Assembly: GCA_964016885.1 (NCBI GenBank)
Contig: OZ024747.1
Coordinates: 27,714,001 to 27,778,000 of the forward strand
DNA length: 64,000 nucleotides
DNA from: Eledone cirrhosa
Taxonomy: Eukaryota
Direction: 5' to 3'
This document shows, piece by piece, positions 64,000 through 64,000 of this stretch (positions are counted from its first letter, which is position 1; the number at the start of each line of letters is the position of its first letter). The notes under the pieces are model-generated. The model worked only from the letters and a program-made list of their open reading frames with translations, made no database searches and was not told the origin of the DNA. The position numbers were made by a program, and so were the translations under genes.

Positions 64000-64000
64000 G

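Overview
This is an AT-rich, microsatellite-saturated animal genomic window. The SINE and repeat families resemble those of octopus/coleoid cephalopods; that assignment is inferred from recognition, not from a database search. No host protein-coding exon could be supported, and most ORF-track entries are translations of (TA)n, (CA)n, (GA)n or (CATA)n repeats. Supported content: (1) a near-intact 5.9-kb Tx1/L1-type LINE (34280-40180, minus) sitting in an (ATT)n tract; (2) a truncated CsRn1-type Ty3/Gypsy element with one LTR and a tRNA-Trp PBS; (3) a Buster/Charlie-type hAT element plus a hAT MITE stacked at the same 8-bp target; (4) fragments of R4/Dong, CRE, RTE and CR1-like LINEs; (5) many tRNA-derived SINEs, non-autonomous Helitrons and MITEs; (6) one tRNA-Ala(AGC) gene. 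The most striking unannotated signal is about 19 hand-folded type-I hammerhead ribozyme motifs from about 11 unrelated short, non-coding, mostly (TA)n-embedded elements. Many form fold-back or partial-tandem structures typical of Penelope-like elements and retrozymes. They include a 310-bp tandem dimer with two intact ribozymes, a recurrent U10.1·U11.1 closing pair, a U4A core variant and one ribozyme with a 115-nt helix II. All folds were done by eye and none has been tested for activity.
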